This document shows positions 62,530 to 64,000 of a DNA stretch of 64,000 bases, piece after piece. The first letter of the stretch is position 1, and each line of letters starts with the position of its first letter. Source of the stretch: an uncultured Chthonomonadaceae bacterium (lineage in GTDB: Bacteria > Armatimonadota > Chthonomonadetes > Chthonomonadales > Chthonomonadaceae); NCBI GenBank assembly GCA_963817895.1, contig CAWFQB010000004.1, forward strand, positions 192,001 to 256,000, given 5' to 3'. Position numbers and translations under genes: made by a program. The notes under the pieces are model-generated. The model made no database searches. It had not been told where the DNA came from and saw nothing but the letters and a program-made list of their open reading frames with translations.

Positions 62530-63744
62530 GTGATTCCCGTGCCTACCATCAACCATGCGGACGGTTCTTCCGAAAGTTTTCTGCCCCAGGCTGTCGTAGA
62601 CATTCTGGCGAAAGTGTTTATTGTCGCTCTGATTGTAACAATCTGCGCGTTCGGCTATCTGCTGTACGGCCTGTTTTCCGGTGAACTTGCCGGCGCAACG
62701 AGCACACACGAAATCCGGCTTCACGCCCTGCAACTGGTTCAAAGCGCGTCCAACATTCTCAGTATTAGTCTGGCAGTCACGCTTGTCTGTGGCCTGCTGC
62801 TGTTTTATGAGAATGAGGCCGTTGCTATTATCATGCTGGCCGTGTCGGCGTTTTTGCTGTTCGGCCTGAAGTTTCTGCTGGATTACTTTGGTTCACAGAC
62901 CAGTCTGACGGCGGGACCGGCGGCAACATCCACCCTGCGCGAGATCAAGCAGGCGGCCATAATGATCGGCGTGCCGGGCGTCCTGCTGTTCCTGTGGAAT
63001 ATGCTTCAGCGTATCCGTGACGCGCGTTCGGGCGTTGACCTTGCCAACATGAAATACGGCAAGGAGGCGTCTGAGGAGGAGGTTCGCGGCTCTCTCATCG
63101 GCGCGTTCGCCAAATGCTGGCAACTGCCGTTCTGCCGCGAGGGTATCCGCGTCAAATGCCCCATCTACCATGCCCGCACCAAATGCTGGAAACAGCGCGT
63201 CGGGTGCATGTGCGAAGAAAACATACTGCGCCTCGCCGCCGGTGGCGACGAGAACAAGCCGATAGACATGACGCAAAGCGCGGGCTTTGTCCCTATCGGC
63301 GACCTGATTATCAAAAGCGAAAAGGAAGCGCGTCCCTCCATTCCGACCAAAGCCGGACCGCGCGGCGTTCGCATTCCGACCAATCCGCACCTCACGGAGC
63401 ATCAGAAGCGCGAACGCTGCCGTAACTGCGTGATTTACAACGAGCATCAGCGCCAGAAATACGGCCTGGCGTCGCCGCTGGTAACGATTGCGGTTCCTAT
63501 TCTCGTCTTCCTGAACTTCGACATGCTCAAGGATTTGCTGACAAGCCTGCTCACCACTCTTGACCGCATTATCGGGCATCTGAATTTCAATCCCGCCGCC
63601 ACTACACATGGTCCGTCGCAGTTAAGCATGGACATCAACGGTTCCCTGCCCATCGCTGCCATTCTCATCATGGCCCTGACCCTGTTGGTTATGACATGGG
63701 CGCTGCGGTTCCTTGAATACTGTATGTTTCAGATAAAGATATAG
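62530..63744 (+). CDS. Multi-TM protein with Cys-rich (two-CW-like) cytoplasmic domain
   Basis: 4+2 TM helices around CWQLPFC..CPIY..CW..GCMC..CRNCVIY. Confidence 0.7.
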   Translation: MIPVPTINHADGSSESFLPQAVVDILAKVFIVALIVTICAFGYLLYGLFSGELAGATSTHEIRLHALQLVQSASNILSISLAVTLVCGLLLFYENEAVAIIMLAVSAFLLFGLKFLLDYFGSQTSLTAGPAATSTLREIKQAAIMIGVPGVLLFLWNMLQRIRDARSGVDLANMKYGKEASEEEVRGSLIGAFAKCWQLPFCREGIRVKCPIYHARTKCWKQRVGCMCEENILRLAAGGDENKPIDMTQSAGFVPIGDLIIKSEKEARPSIPTKAGPRGVRIPTNPHLTEHQKRERCRNCVIYNEHQRQKYGLASPLVTIAVPILVFLNFDMLKDLLTSLLTTLDRIIGHLNFNPAATTHGPSQLSMDINGSLPIAAILIMALTLLVMTWALRFLEYCMFQIKI

Positions 63745-63745
63745 G

Positions 63746-63868
63746 GGGTAGATGGGTAGATGGGTAGATGGGTAGATGGGTAGATACATAGTCGAAGCGC
63801 TGATTTTCTCAGAAATGTCTGAAGCGCAAGGCTACTCATCTACCCATCTACCCATCTACCCATCTACC
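63746..63868. repeat. Inverted octamer microsatellite pair (GGGTAGAT)n / (ATCTACCC)n
   Basis: About 5 and 4 copies flanking a roughly 50-nt spacer. Confidence 0.9.
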
Positions 63869-63875
63869 TCTGACC

Positions 63876-64000
63876 ATGAACGTCTCCGAACTTGAACAAC
63901 TTGTCACTCTGGTACAGGGCGCGAACATTCGCGAACTGACGCTCCGGCACAATGGCGCGCGGGTTACAATTCGCAAGTCGCCCACCGTTTCCGAAATAGG
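63876..64000 (+). CDS. accB: Biotin carboxyl carrier protein N-terminus (truncated by window edge)
   Basis: MNVSELEQLVTLVQGANIRELTL......TIRK; typical efp-accB neighbourhood. Confidence 0.7.
   Translation, partial: MNVSELEQLVTLVQGANIRELTLRHNGARVTIRKSPTVSEI

Overview
GC-rich bacterial chromosomal window. Gene content (PEP-CTERM proteins, steA/steB, the efp-[membrane protein]-accB order) suggests Armatimonadota, but this is inference only. Ordinary genes include fucI, ABC permeases, GH16, GH42, two amidohydrolases, a sulfatase-like hydrolase, a desaturase, steAB with glycosyltransferases, folB, nadA, rqcH, efp and accB. Four things stand out. (1) A minus-strand array of 17 CCA-less tRNA genes carries rare anticodons (Ile-UAU, Arg-GCG, Arg-UCG) and a short-variable-arm Leu. 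Its leader has overlapping uORFs, a 10-bp antiterminator and an intrinsic terminator, making it a candidate translation-stress attenuator. (2) A 4.5-kb tyrosine-integrase island sits in the array's tRNA-Phe (62-bp att repeats). It carries a sigma54-type PEP-CTERM gene and an ISAs1 element. (3) A PDZ-TPR-CHAT protease, an atypical sigma factor and a double-zinc-finger transmembrane anti-sigma form one module, divergent from a secreted Gly/Pro-repeat peptide. (4) Small palindromic elements are dense, including a 95-bp MITE with TIRs and TSD that breaks a Uma2 gene, a REP-like element inside rqcH, and an orphan IS200/IS605-like right end. About 12 unrelated genes carry frameshifts, most likely sequencing or assembly indels, so split genes are reported as single loci. 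All protein calls come from motif recognition; no database search was run.
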